Shown one piece after another: positions 1-13,239 of a stretch of 64,000 nt of DNA; positions within the stretch are counted from its first letter, which is position 1; every line of letters begins with the position of its first letter. The stretch is from the human T2T-CHM13v2.0 reference genome, Homo sapiens, in the NCBI RefSeq assembly GCF_009914755.1, contig NC_060927.1; one strand, 5' to 3'. The notes beneath the pieces are model-generated. The model was given only the letters and a program-made list of their open reading frames with translations. It was not told the origin of the DNA and searched no databases. The position numbers and the translations under genes are program-made.

Positions 1-99
1 GTATTCATTTTCAATGAATGTTGAATGTCGGTAACTTTTGTGTTACAGGGAAAAATGTCACAGAGGTCATGAGCACCATTCATTAAAATTTTCAGCTCT

Positions 100-454
100 C
101 TGCCATCAAAGAACATGGTGAGTTTATACTTCCCAGCTTCTTTGAATTTAGATGTAGACAAGTGACTTGCTTTGGCCTATGAGATATAAGCTAGTATCAT
201 TTCTAGAAGAAGCTTTGTAGGCCAATTTGTGATTCTCTATGTTCCCACCCACTGTTGCAGAGAAATCAAGGAAGCATATATCAAGAGGAAATCTCCCTCA
301 ACCGCAGTCTCTGAGAGACCACATGAGAACAGCCCTCAGACAAACCGCTATGGTCATGCATCTAAGCAAGAAATAAGTCCTTCTTGTTATGCACCACCAA
401 GATTTGGGGGTTGTTGGTTACAGCGGCAAAACCTGAATTATCCTAACTGATATA
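100..454 (+). mobile_element. Old MaLR LTR (MLT1H/J/K-type), partial
   Basis: Typical MLT1 3' end: aagaaataagtccttcttgttatgcaccaccaagatttgggggttgttggttacagc...tcctaactgatata. Confidence 0.6.
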
Positions 455-1454
455 GAATAGATACTGTGCAGAAAAACAATACTCCATCCTCTAAATAATT
501 GGAAGCTTTAACCATGAAGTTTTAACTCCTAGACCCTTAGCTCAAATAGGAGCCTTCAGGCACATACTCAGAGCAGGCTAAAATATTGATTTTCTTCTTG
601 TTGTTGTTTCAAAGTTACAATTAAATTGTAGCTCAATACCAAACACCATGTGATCACTCTTTTAAGATAACTGTGTTGTTAAATAATACTAGGAAAATGA
701 TTCCAATTGCTGTTTCCTTCTTTCCTAACCACCAAAAATACATTCTAGAGTGGTGTCAGAGCAGTGACAAGAACATTTGCAAAACTCTAGAATCTGTCCT
801 CTTAAGCCCCATTGCCTGTCAATGAGCAGGGAAGAGAAGTGGGCACATTGTAAAGTAAACCACTGTCCATTAAATCTGCGAAACTGTGAGGCAAAGAAAA
901 AGGGAAAATATACCCGGTTCTTAGGAAGTTTCTAAGGAAGAATTATAATAGGCTAGTGGGATTGGAGTGAACTCATCAGCAGTACCAACCAGAGAAGTAA
1001 ATAACTTCTCTTAACTACTTAGAGAGCATCTTTCTTAACCACTCAAAACTCTTTGCACAAGTCCACAAGCATTATCCACTGTGGCAAGAGGCCCTAGATA
1101 GGCCAGTATTGGATTTCTTAAAAGTAGCACAAGTGATCTCTCCAAAGAGAAATCATTAAAAAGTGGAGAAGTCACTTGGAGTCCGAATTCAACCTGGAAA
1201 AAAAGATTCTCTGAGAACAGAGGAAGAATAGGCAGATGACTTGGTGGATAGGTCTGCATTTTTTGGAAGGAAAAGCTCATAAAATTTTTCGCAGTGATGG
1301 TCGCATGTTAGTTGCAGCATCTGAGTGGCTCTCATCTACTTTAGGCCTCATTGTCTCTGTTACCTCTCAAAAGTTCCTTCTGTAGCTCTGTCTGGAACAG
1401 TCAGCATTGATCTAAATTAACTTAGCAGAGGTAGAATCTAAGGCAAGCTGCCCC

Positions 1455-1592
1455 AAATCTGTAAGACTCAGTTTCCCCATCTCTAAACCAGAAATAAAAC
1501 TGTTGTGATATTAAATGAAATAAAAAGGTAAAGTGCTTAGCAAGGTCTGGCACATAGCAAGAGCTCAATAAATATTTAGTTGTTATCATTAT
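1455..1592 (+). mobile_element. MIR SINE 3' fragment
   Basis: ctcagtttccccatct...aaagtgcttagca...tggcacatag...ctcaataaat: MIR core and tail. Confidence 0.7.
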
Positions 1593-2286
1593 AAATTGTA
1601 TGTCTTGCTTGGAAGAGTCCTCTAGGTCTCTACGTGAGTTGGCTGGCCTTTTCATTTCTAACTCTTCAAGGGCTCCAGTCATTATTTTCTTCCTCCTTTA
1701 AGTCAAGGATATTAAACTGTGTGTCAGCTACTGTCCTCCTGGTTGGTGACAATGATGAATGAGACACAGTTCTTGTCCTCCATGGACAACACACACAATG
1801 TGACGTGATCAGTGCAAAAAAGAAAAAGAAAGAAAGAAAGAAAAAACAAACCCATGGGCCACAGAGGAGGGACACTGGAGTGGGCTTAGATTCAGGTAGT
1901 CTTACCCTGAATGGGTGATATTTAAAAGGCCTCCTCTCCCTAGGCCTAGCTCTTTTCCCAAGAGGATCTGCAAATACCACTCCACAGGTGTCAGGAAACA
2001 AAAGCACAACTCCTTACCCAGATTTAAGGGCTATGAAAACTGGAGTGAAGAAAATATCACCAGGAAGAGAAGAAACTCCTATTTTTTAAGGCATTGGGAC
2101 CGGGGGATCAACATAGGGATGTGGCCATGGATTTCTTTCCTTGGATATGAGAGATATTCATACCAAAAGCCCTAAGGATAGAGCTTCTATCCCAACAGAC
2201 ACTTCCCATTGCATGCTTGTGCACTTAACAGTCCCCCAGCATTTCAAATCTGAATTTATTGCTTCAGTAAAATCTGCACATTATAT

Positions 2287-2414
2287 TAGCATGGCTATAC
2301 ATCCTGATTGGGCGAGGATAGTCCTGGTTTATACCTGTTGTCCTAGTGTAATTATTACTAGCGATACTTTTCACTTTCAAAGTTGTCCCAGCTTGAATGA
2401 TAAATTATACCTAT
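2287..2414. mobile_element. hAT-Blackjack MITE (MER94-like)
   Basis: gtcctggtttatacctgttgtcctagtgtaattatt...gtcccagcttgaatgataaattata matches recalled MER94. Confidence 0.55.
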
Positions 2415-2490
2415 AGAATCAACCTAATCGTAGTAAATCTCCTTAAATTTTTTTTTACAGTTTATGAGTGTTTGGATGCTGAATTTTTTC

Positions 2491-2586
2491 TTTTTTTTTT
2501 TTGAGACGGAGTCTCATTCTGTCGCCCAGGCTGGAATGCAGTGGCGCGATCTCTGCCCACCGCAAGCTCTGCCTCCCGGGTTCATG
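2491..2586 (-). mobile_element. Severely 5'-truncated AluY (3' ~85 bp plus tail)
   Basis: poly-T then gagacggagtctc...gcaagctctgcctcccgggttca (AluY-type gcaagctc); ends abruptly. Confidence 0.85.
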
Positions 2587-5231
2587 AAAATATTTTAAAA
2601 TATAAGAGAAGTTAAACTCATTTGCAACATCATCTATATTATAGATTGACAGTCACGGTAATAATAAAATTGTTTACTATTTATTAAAAAGAAAGTATAT
2701 CCTAGTCATTCTGACAGGTGCTTTCCTCATTTTATCTCATGTGTAAATATTATAGCTTCATTTGGGGCCATTTTCCACAAATGTGGAAATGAAGCACAAG
2801 GAAGTGACTTGTGGAATCTTCAGGGAGCAAATGGGATACTGTGGAGGAAAGATAAGGCATCCAGGAGGAAATGAGGAAGATAGCAGAAGAGACAGGGCAA
2901 GAGAGACAAAGCAAAGACAAGGAAGTTGGCTTGGTTCAAGGCCAATCATACCCCTTGGCTAGCACCTTGCAGACGTGGGAACACCAACGCTTCCTGGCTT
3001 TGGAGCTTGAATGAAACCTTTAGCTGCCCAGAAGCTAAGTGAAGCCCTGGAACCCTCTGACCCTAAAACACTGATAGCAAACACTTTCATCTCAACCATT
3101 CATCTTCTCCCTTCTTCTTGGCCCTGTACCAGCTCTCTAGAGCCCTCTAAAGCAATATCAAATTATCAAGAAAAGCAAGGCTTCCGAAATCCAAGGGTCA
3201 TGAGAAATGTATTCTAGAGGTCATGGTCTGCAAAATCCCTGATATGGCTCAGTTGCAGAGGGCTAATGTCCTATCTCTTCTCAGATCTCTGTCCACTTGC
3301 CAAGGTCACAAAGCACGGTCAACAGATCTGAGCCCTGGGACTTGGGTTCTGATCTCTCCTTGTGCACTATTCACCTATTCACGTTCTCACTGCCGCTAGC
3401 ACAGAAGTTGCATTTCCAACACTATGATTAATTGAATCCCTCCAGGTTTCCACAACTAATCACATCTTCATAAAGTTTAATTTAACGTAATTTAACGTAA
3501 CACTGCCCTCTTGTGCCTCACCACACAAGGGGCCTTTGTGTGGAAAAATTTATTTTCAATTAAAAATAAAACGTAACATTTCAGCACCCTATGGAACATT
3601 ATGCTGGAGAAGTGGATGTCTTTCTTGTTTTTCTCCCTTCATGGTTTATCCAAGTCTTTTGTTACATTGATTTCCATCACTGATAACTGCTGGCCAAGGA
3701 AACCAATGCTAAGGACAGACTTCAACATAAATCCACATGTGATTATTTTAAAGTAGCATATGGACGGAAATAACAAACAATGAATCCAGGCTGCCCGGGA
3801 ATGAGGACTGCAGGAGAAACTGAGTAAAAAATCAGGAAATGAAAATAAAGTTATTAAATAGACTTGCCACAGCTGGCTTAGGGATTGCAATAGACTTGGT
3901 TAATGGGAAAAACAATCATAGAGAGCCCCTCAATTGCTTTTCTGCTGAGTTCCTTTCCACATCTCCATGTTTGCAGAGATTAACTAGGAGTTCTAATCAC
4001 AACCTAAAACTCAACTCAGTCAGACAGATCAGAGAATTCTTTTTTTAAATGGGGGCATGCTCTGGAGACTTCTGAGCAGTGTGTCTCATAAAATTGACAG
4101 TCAGTGATTCTGGTTTGCAAAAAAGTAAAGTATTTGTAAGGAATAAGTAATTTAAGGGCATAACCCAACATCAGATAACGCACAAATTGCCACTTTTTGA
4201 GCCTTATTTCTAGCTCAAAAATTGGGTCTTAGTATTTTTCTCTTGATTAGCCACTCCTCAGCACTCTGGGCAAGAAATGACGGGTAGGAAAATGATTCTG
4301 AAAATGCTGAACGTTCTATAAATCACTGAGGCAGAAAAAATGCAGCCGAGCTGACCTCTAAGATAAGAAGATAAAGACAGGAATTGCATAAGCCATGCCT
4401 CTGGAGGTGTGCTGCTCGCTCTTCCAGGAGAGCAGAGCTTCTGACGACTGTTCCATTTCCATTCGGTTTTCTTTATCTAGCCTCCATCCCCATGATTATC
4501 TTTGAAAATGTATGCTTTGGTCAGTGATGGATGTCTGAAGATTATGTACTTAGAAAAAAGGGGCCCATGAGTTTTTTCCCCCTCCCTTTTAGGTCATGCT
4601 TTGCTTTATGATCAGTTCTTTTTACTATGTCCAGAACTTTCAGCTTTGCCTAAGGCTCTGAAAATTTTCAATGTCTTGAACTACCAGAAAGCCTCTTTGG
4701 ATAAAAATGATAGTATTTGTCTGGGAGAGAGCCACGAAAAAAGTGTTTTTTGGTGGTTTTTTTTTTTTTTTTTTTTTTTTGCCTGGCTTGTATTTATTAA
4801 TGCTTCAGTAATGAACATAAAATGTTTCTGCAATAAGAAAAACAAGCAAGTTTTTAAAACTTTTTTCAAACTTTCCATTTTTCAAAGACTTTTTATGGAT
4901 TTGGATATTTGCAATTTTTTGTTTAAGAACTTTGTACCAAATTTTGGATGTTAAAATCATACCTTTCCCTTTATCATATATTATAGACATTTTTCTTTTG
5001 CAGCAGTAGCTATTACTATTAGATGTAGGGTGATAATCATATTCACCCAATAAATCATTACCTATTATGTATATAGCACTGAGGTAGTCAGTGTACATGT
5101 ATTGGGAATAGGAGAAATGACAGAGACTAATGAGATTCAGAGTTTTAAATCCAGAAAAGCAGAAGAGTCATATCCACTGATAACTGCATCACCAAGTAGA
5201 AAAGCATCAGTACCATCAGAGAGGTGGAGAT

Positions 5232-5414
5232 CGGTGGATCTTAGCCTTCAGTATGCATCAGAATCACTTTGAGAGTTTTAAAAAATATATATGCAGATGC
5301 CTCTGTCCCTCCCCTGGAAATCCTGATTCCATCTGTCTGGGGCAAGGCTCTGAATATTTGTTTTTAAAGTATCCTCAGGTAATTCTGATGTGTGGCCATG
5401 TTTGAGAATGATTG
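5232..5414. mobile_element. MER5-family hAT-Charlie MITE
   Basis: tgcatcagaatcac...atgcagat...caggtaattctgatg...tttgagaa. Confidence 0.65.
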
Positions 5415-6940
5415 GTATAGCTAGACAGATATGGAGATTCAGAAAAACATGAAGTTATTTGCTCTAGGAAAGAATGAGAGGGTGGCTTCATTGAAAAGAT
5501 GACATTTTAATATGTATATATGCTGGTAGAACATATATGTGATATCATCCATATACCCAGGCCCAGATAAGCAAATTACTAGTTATCCTTAGAGAACTAA
5601 ATAGACACAGTAATCATTCAGTGAAAGATATTAGAAATACTTAAAGACAATTATCAAACTCAGATATGCAAGGAAGCACTTGATATTCCATCCACCAAGG
5701 GTAAAGCACTGCTTGATGGAAACCAGAAAGGACTTAAAACTGTTGGAAGTTTGGAATTAGTACAGCTCTGCAGTTTAGAATTATAAAATGGTAAAATGAA
5801 AAAGTAGATCCTGTTGTTAACAGAAATGTTGCATTCAGCCTTTCAGCTGAGAAAAGGGGGCAGATGGATGATGTGACCGTGACAGCAGGACTGACATGTG
5901 CATTGTCCTCCATGAATATCCCAAAGTGAGTGAGGGAGCTCTGATTGCTTCTCTATGCTTCTGCATTGCTGAGAGGGAGAGGAAATACAGGAGAAGACAG
6001 CCCAGACTCTGCCATCAAAGACAACTGTGTTTACGTCACTACAATTTTTTAACCCTTCTTGAAATTCACAAAAGCATCAAGGTGAACCTTCTAAATGTTG
6101 GAAGATGAATCTAGTTCCTAATCTCAGATGAGCAAGAAATGGTTTTTTCTATTTAAATCAAATTGTCTGATTCCCAGTGCCCATCTGACCATGGGCTCAA
6201 ATACCTCTCAGTGCTTATTGCTGTTGCTGCCCTCCCAGGGATGCACCAACATCCCAGGGTCTTACCCAACCCCAAGCAAGAGAGTGGGAGGTGACACTTC
6301 GTCTACCCAATAGGGCATCTGTGGCACACTGTTTCCAAGGAGAGGTTCTGTGGCGGCTGTGCCATGCTGGTGACTTGAGAATCTTGGGCTAGTCCTGAGT
6401 CCTGAGTTTATGACCCCATCTCTGGGTGCCTTGGGTAGGCATCACTCCTCCCCAGTCTAGGGAAAAAACCTTAGATGGATCTGCTAACCTCAGTTCCGGC
6501 AGAGCTTCACCATCTTTAGGCACTTCCAGTTCCTGCAAACACATCCTTACTTTCAATCCTTGACCTTGAACACCCTCCCTCTGCTCTACATGCTTCGACC
6601 CTTTGTCTCATCTCTTCTACAAACTTAGGCTTTTTGGAGAGGCAGAAACAGTATTTTGTTTAGGCAAATTTGGCTCTCAATCTCGGAGAACAAAAATGAA
6701 AATTTAAAAAGCTTAGTTAAGGAAATATCAAGGGCATGACTCCTTCTTGGAACAGAGAAAAGGGAAAAGGCAGGGAGAATACAGACTCCTCAAAAAAATT
6801 TTTTTAAATATTTAATTTAAAGAGCAAACTGAACCACACCACTCCCTCAACTACAGCTTTTCAATGACTTGCCATCACCTATTATATAAAGTATCTCACT
6901 ATTATTGATAAAACAATTTAAGGTGCTATCCCTGCCTGAT

Positions 6941-7106
6941 AAAGTGCTTTACAAACTTTAATGTGCATCAAATCACCTGGCAGTCTTCTTAAAATGCAGA
7001 TTCTGATTCAGAAGTTCTGGAGTGAGGCCTGGGATTCTACCTTTCTAACAAGCTCCCAGGGGATGCGAAGTCTACTCCTTCAAGGACCACACTTTGAGTA
7101 GCAAGG
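6941..7106. mobile_element. MER5A-type MITE
   Basis: atcacctgg...aaaatgcagattctgattcag...aacaagctcccagg...ggaccacactttgagtagcaagg. Confidence 0.8.
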
Positions 7107-7164
7107 GACCACAGCTTTCGCTTCAGATATACCACATATAAAACTGTCTCTGTAACATCACACA

Positions 7165-7388
7165 ATTGTTTCTTAGTGGACTGTAGGATAACCACCTGCC
7201 TGAGAATTATCTAGGGCCTTTTGTGTCAAATGCTGGTTTTCTGGACTTCATCCCAGATCCACTGGTTCAGAATCTCTGTGGTGGGTCATGGTGTCTGTAT
7301 TTTTTTCATATATATTTTGTGTGTGTATCTGCATTTTAACAAGCTCTCTCGGTGCCTTCTATGCTCAGTAGCATTTAGGATGCATTGC
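7165..7388. mobile_element. MER5-family MITE (second adjacent copy)
   Basis: cccagatccactggttcagaatctctg...tctgcattttaacaagctc. Confidence 0.6.
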
Positions 7389-7728
7389 CCTTGCTTTATC
7401 CATGATTAACTACTCAGTGTGTTCCTAAGGTGTCTTTCACCTGCCTGCCCCCAGGCCTTTGCATTGACTGGGGATTCTACTACCAATGTCCTTACCAGCA
7501 TCCTTCTCCACCTCTTGTCTATACATTTTACCTGGATTCTTCTTACTAACCCTTCGGAAGCCTTCTCGGTCCACTGCCAATCTGCAGTGGATACCCTCTG
7601 TGCTGCATTAAAGCATCCCATGAATACTTTGGTCCTCTTGTTTTGTCTATTGGAATGTCTCCCTCCAAGCTTAGGAGCAACTTGAGGGCAGAAAGTTCTT
7701 TATCATTTACACCCTATGGACATAACCA

Positions 7729-7863
7729 GATGGATGGATGATGTATGAAACAGATAGACAGACAGACAGACAGAAAGACAAGACAAGACTAGATGGATAA
7801 GATAAGATAAGATAAGATAAGATATAGTGTGAGGTGGGATAAGATAAGATAGGTGATGGATAA
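7729..7863. repeat. Compound microsatellite (GATG)n-(GACA)n-(GATAA)n
   Basis: Directly visible; (GATAA)5 at 7796-7820. Confidence 0.9.
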
Positions 7864-8204
7864 AATGAATCAAGGGTAGATCAGTATTTCCATCCAGATA
7901 CATATAGAAGTTTTACATTGAATAAAATTCTTAGGAGTTGTTTAAAATAAGTTTTGCTAAATGCACCAACAGATGTCAAGGTCAAAGCAGGGCTCTTCCT
8001 CCCAAGAAGAGTGCTGCACCCTCAGTTTTATCTTCCACACTGTCAGAGAAGTGACAATATAATCTCTCTTAAAAAGGCATTTGAGACTACCTTCTTCCAA
8101 AGTCCCATGCATGCACTTTTATTCACCTTTCTGTCATCCACAAAGTGCATCTCAGTTTCTGCCACCATAGCTGCTGTGTTACAGACTAAAATTTCAGGAG
8201 AAAG

Positions 8205-8428
8205 AATAGCTAGAATTTATTAGGCATTTTCTGCCATCTAGGGACTCTACCAATCACTTTTACGTTAAATATCTCTTACAAGCTGCACAATGACCCTAAT
8301 GTATATTGCCAATGGGAAACTGAGTCTAAAGAGGTTAAGACAGCTACTTCAGATCAAGGAGCTAGGAAAGAGGACGAAACTTGAGACCCAGGACTGTCTC
8401 ACCCCAGAGGCAATGCTCTGAACCTCTG
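8205..8428 (-). mobile_element. MIR SINE
   Basis: gggaaactgagtctaaagaggttaag core in antisense. Confidence 0.65.
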
Positions 8429-9389
8429 TGTCACTTCCCAGGGAATATGCTCTGGTCACCCATGGGCACAGCATTCAAAGCCTTTGGGACATTCACTGGG
8501 TAGACTTTCAGACTGTCACCTTTTCACTGGATGACTATGGGTCATTTTCATCATGGAAAACTTTGTGACTGAGAAATCTTTGCATCACTTCCTAGGAAGT
8601 AAATCACACTTCACCTAGCCCAGTTCCCATCCATACTTCTAGGATCTCACTCTCCCAGACGGTCTTCTATTTCTTGACTTCCATGTCTTCTTTTGTCAAC
8701 ACAAAGGGAAGAAGTCAAAATCAGCATGTGTTTTGTGGTTAGCAAATGGTACATTAATTAAACTAACCAAAGAATTCACCCAGCCCCAAGGTTTTGTTCT
8801 CAGTGTTACTTACAATTTCTGGAAGAATGATGCTATCAGGTTAAAATCCACACAGTCTGTGGCTGCCATCTTGTTACCCAGGTGGTTGCTGAGGCCCTGT
8901 CTGCAACCACCTGTGATGTGTGCAACCTGTCTGCAACCTGCAATGTAGATTAACTTGGCTAAAACCCAACTACACTGCCCTCCCAATGGCTTCTACCACT
9001 TCCCTAGATCTCCTCTATCCCTAGCTCCTGCATTTGTTCCTTTTCCCTCCTTGTCAACCTAGATGAGAAATTCAGCCCCTTGCCAGTTTGTACAAAAGCA
9101 GTCTGAGAAAGAGGAAGAATGTATTGAAGGACACGGAACTGAGAGAGCAGTCACCTCAGATCTCCTGCCACATCACCCGTCTTTCTCCTCACAGTCCACC
9201 TCACTCAGTGCCCAGAGAAACCAACTTAGTTCCTCCTGAGTACATACAGTAACTACACCAGACCCTGCTGCACGGATACCAGACAACACTTCCCTCTTGC
9301 ATCCTAACAGAACCCTGAAATTTTTTAGAGATTCACATGTACAAACAACTGTGTGCTCCAGAGGACATTGCCCCTTACCAGCCTCAGGG

Positions 9390-10246
9390 ACAGGTTTGAC
9401 TTGTCAAACAGCAATCCCATTTCCCTTTCAGGGATTGCTACAGAAAAAAGCATGTGATCCAAATCGGGCCAATGAAACATAAGGGAAGATTTGCTGGGGG
9501 CTTCTGGGAAAAGTTTCCTCATTCATGGGAGACACACAAATAAGAAATTATTTCTTTTCTTCTCTCAGCTGTGGTAGTTGGATAGGGCACCTGGAACTGC
9601 TGCAGCCATCTTGCTACCAGAAGAGAAGGAGTGACTTTGAAAATGACAGAGCAGAAAAGGAGAAAAAGCTCAGGAGATAGAGACAATGAATTCACCAAAC
9701 CCATTTTATTTTTCTCCTGAGCACAGAATAAACTACAGTTAACAGCCACCCTGCCCCCTCCCCTGAAGTCAGGCATTACCAGAAAATTGAGTCCTGACCA
9801 ATGGATTGTGTATGAAAGTAATGTTTACAGCTTCTAGGCCTGGCCTTTAAAATGGCCTGGTTCATCCTCCCTATCCTTGCTCTTTCCCCATCTGCAGGCT
9901 GAATGATGATAGGGTGATTGTGAAGCCATATTGAAGATGACAGAGCTATCACATAGAAGAAGCCAAAGTTCTTGAATGTAGTAGAGGCCTCTATTTCCAT
10001 TAAATGATTACATGAATGACTAGTGTCTTTTTGTGTGTTAAACCACTGAGATCTCAGGACTAATTTGTTGTTATAGCACATATCATTACTCAACCTGATT
10101 AATACAACCACATTCCTTGACTCCTGAATCAACAAACTCTGAAGTCTTTCAACCACTAACCTTCCTCTTATGAGATAATACTTTACTTAATCCTTAAGCT
10201 CATTTGGGGCATTGTTTTCCTTTTTTCAGCCTAAAACATCTTAACA
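9390..10246 (+). mobile_element. Old MLT1 LTR (K-type) apparently interrupted by a second MLT1 LTR (~9720-10106)
   Basis: ggccaatgaaac...ctgctgcagccatcttg (outer); inner ends aaaccactgagat...ctgattaataca at 10106; outer tail resumes ~10150. Confidence 0.5.
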
Positions 10247-10394
10247 GTAATTCACATCTCTACAGTTCTGACCTTCATACTTGTATAACAAACCCATCAG
10301 GACGTTCATAGAACCAAGGCCAGGATCCACTCTGTTAAAGAAGATAATCAATGAATGTAAGAATTTTTTTTAACACTCTCCAGGGGTGGTCTAG

Positions 10395-12522
10395 TTTCTT
10401 TTTCTTTTTTTTCAATTATACTTTAAGTTCTGCGTTGCATGTGCAGAACATGCAGTTTTGTTACAAAGGTATACAAGCGCCATGGTGGTTTGCGGCACCC
10501 AACAACCCTTCACCTACATTAGGTATTTCTCTTAATGCTATCCCTCCCCTAGCCCCCCACCCCCCGAAAGGGCTGGTGTGTGATGTTCCCCTCCCTGTGG
10601 CCATGTGTTCTCATTGTTCAACTCCCACTTATGAGTGAAAACACGCAGTGCTTGGTTTTCTGTTCTTGTGATAGTTGGCTGAGAATGATGGCTTCTAGCT
10701 TCATCCATGACCCTGCAAAGGATATGAACCCATCCTTTTTTATGGCTGCATAGTATTCCATGGTGTATATGTGTCACATTTTCTTTATCCAGTCTATCAT
10801 TGATGTGCATTTGGGTTGGTTCCAAGTCTTTGCTATTGTGAATAGTGCCACAATAAACATACGTGTGCCTGTGTCTTTATAGTGGAATGATTTATAATCC
10901 TTTGGGTATACACCCAGTAATGGGATGCTGGGTCAAATGGTATTTCTAGTTCTAGATCCTTGAGGAATCTCCACACTGTCTTCTACAATGGTTGAACTAA
11001 TTTACACTCCCACCAACAGTGTAAAAGCTTTCCTATTTCTCCACATCCTCTCCAGCATCTGTTGTTTCCTGACTTTTTAATGATCACCATTCTAACTGGC
11101 ATGAGATGGTATCTCATTGTGGTTTTGATTTGCATTTCTCTAATGACCAGTGATGATGAGCATTTTTTTCATATGTTTGTTGGCTGCATAAATGTCTTCT
11201 TTTGAGAAGTGTCTGTTCATATCCTTTGCCCACTTTTTGATGGGGTTGTTTTTTTCTTGTAAACTTGTTTAAGTTCTTTGTAGATTCTGGATATTAGCCC
11301 TTTGTCAGATGGATAGATTGCAAAAATTTTCTCCCATTCTGCAGGTTGCCTGTTCATTCAGATGATAGTTTCTATTGCTCTGCAGAAGCTCTTTAGTTTA
11401 ATTAGATCCTATTTGTCAATTTTGGCTTTTGTTGCCATTGCTTTTTGTGTTTTAGTCATGAAGACTTTGCCCACGCCTATGTCCTGAATGGTATTGCCCA
11501 GGTTTTCTTCTAGGATTTTTATGGTTTTAGGCCTTACATTTAAGTCATTAATGCATCTTGAGTTGATTTTTGTATAAGGTGTAAGGAAGGAGTCCAGTTT
11601 CAGTTTTCTGCATATGGCTAGCCAGTTTTCCCAACACCATTTATTAAATAGGGTATCTTTTCCCCATTTCTTGTTTTTGTCAGGTTTGTCAAAGATCAGA
11701 TGGTTGTAGTTGTGTGGTGTTATTTCTGAGGCCTCTGTTCTGTTCCATTGATCTATGTATCTGTTTTAGTACCAGTACTATGCTGTTTTGGTTACCGTAG
11801 CCTTGTAGTATAGTTTGAAGTCAGGTAGCATGATGCCTCCAGCATTGTTCTCTTTGCTTAGCATTGTCTTGGCTATGTGGGCTCTTTTTTGGTTCCATAT
11901 GAAATTCTAAGTAGTTTTTTCCAATTCTGTGAAGAAAGTCAATGATAGCTTGATGGGGATAGCATTGAATCTATAAATTACTTTGGGCAGTATGGCCATT
12001 TTCATGATATTGATTCTTCCTATCCATGAGCATGGAATGTTTTTCCATTTGTTTGTGCCCTCTTTTATTTTTTTGAGCAGTGGTTCGTAGTTCTCCTTGA
12101 AGAGGTCCTTCACATCCCTTGTAAATTGTATTCCTAGGTATTTTATTCTCTTTGTAGCAATTGTGAATGGGACTTCACTCATGATTTGGCTCTCTGTTCT
12201 CGGTGCATAGGAATGCTTGTGATTTTTGCACATTGAGTTTGTATCCTGAAACTTTGCTGAAGTTGCTTACCAGCTTAAGAAGATTTTGAGCTGTGACGAT
12301 GGGGTTTTCTAAATATATAATCATGTCATCTGCAAACAGAGACAATTTGACTTCCTTTCTTCCTATTTGAATACCCTTTATTTCTTTCTCTTGCCTGATT
12401 GCCCTGGCCAGAACTTCCAATACTGTGTTGAATAGGAGTGGTTAGAGAGGGCATCTTTGTCTTGTGCTGGTTTTCAAAGGGAATGCTTCCAGTTTTTGCC
12501 CATTCAGTATGATATAGGCTGT
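10395..12522 (-). mobile_element. 5'-truncated LINE-1 (L1PA7/8-like), 3' 2.1 kb
   Basis: poly-T plus L1 3'UTR (ccatggtggtttg..., ccctcccctagcccccc); ORF2 RT fragments in the track (LSLFADD, KYLGI) broken by stops and frameshifts. Confidence 0.95.
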
Positions 12523-12834
12523 TTTCTAATGGGATTTTCTTCACCTTTGGGAAGATCTATTTCTGTGCTTTTTTCTGCTTGATGGGTACAGTGAATTTTC
12601 CTAAGCAGCATCCTCTTCCAGCTAGCCAAGGAACCTATAGCAATGTGAATTTTAATGGTAGGCATTCTGAGATATCCCTCTAGATAAATTCACTAATGAG
12701 AGCTCCTTGAGCACTCGCCTCAGATCTAGCATAAGTTAAATTTTCTCCTGAGTCTTATCTTCTCTGCACTTGGTTCAATAGCTTCCTCTTGTGAGGAGGG
12801 TCTTTGAATGATGCTACCTTCCTTCCTTGGTGGT

Positions 12835-13239
12835 TGATATGGTTTGGCCATATCCCAAATGTCATCTTGAATAGTAGTTCCCATAATCCCCATGTGTTGT
12901 GGGAGGGACCCAACACCACAGATCCCCATGTGTTGTGGGAGGGACCAGGTGGAGGTAATTGAATCATCGGGGGTGGTTTTCCCTATGCTGTTCTCATGAT
13001 AATGAGTGAGTCTCACGAGATGTGATCGTTTTATAAGCATCTGGCATTTCCCCTGCTGGCACTCATTGTGTCTTGCCTGCCACCATGTAGGATGTGTCTT
13101 TGCTCTTTCTTCACCTTCTGCCATGACTGTGAGGCCTCCCCAGCCATGTGGAACTGTGAACCCATTAAACCTCTTTTTCTTTATAAATTACCCAGTCTCA
13201 GGTATGTCTTTATTAGCAGCATGAGAACAGACTAATACA
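12835..13239 (+). mobile_element. THE1 solo LTR (THE1C/D-like)
   Basis: TGATATGGTTTGG...GACTAATACA termini; 5-bp TSD gtggt/gtgat. Confidence 0.92.

Noticed and set aside
13135-13147. PRDM9 hotspot motif in the THE1 LTRs
   Set aside because: Reads CCTCCCCAGCCAT here and CCTTGCCAGCCAT in the THE1B (~26058); neither matches CCNCCNTNNCCNC.
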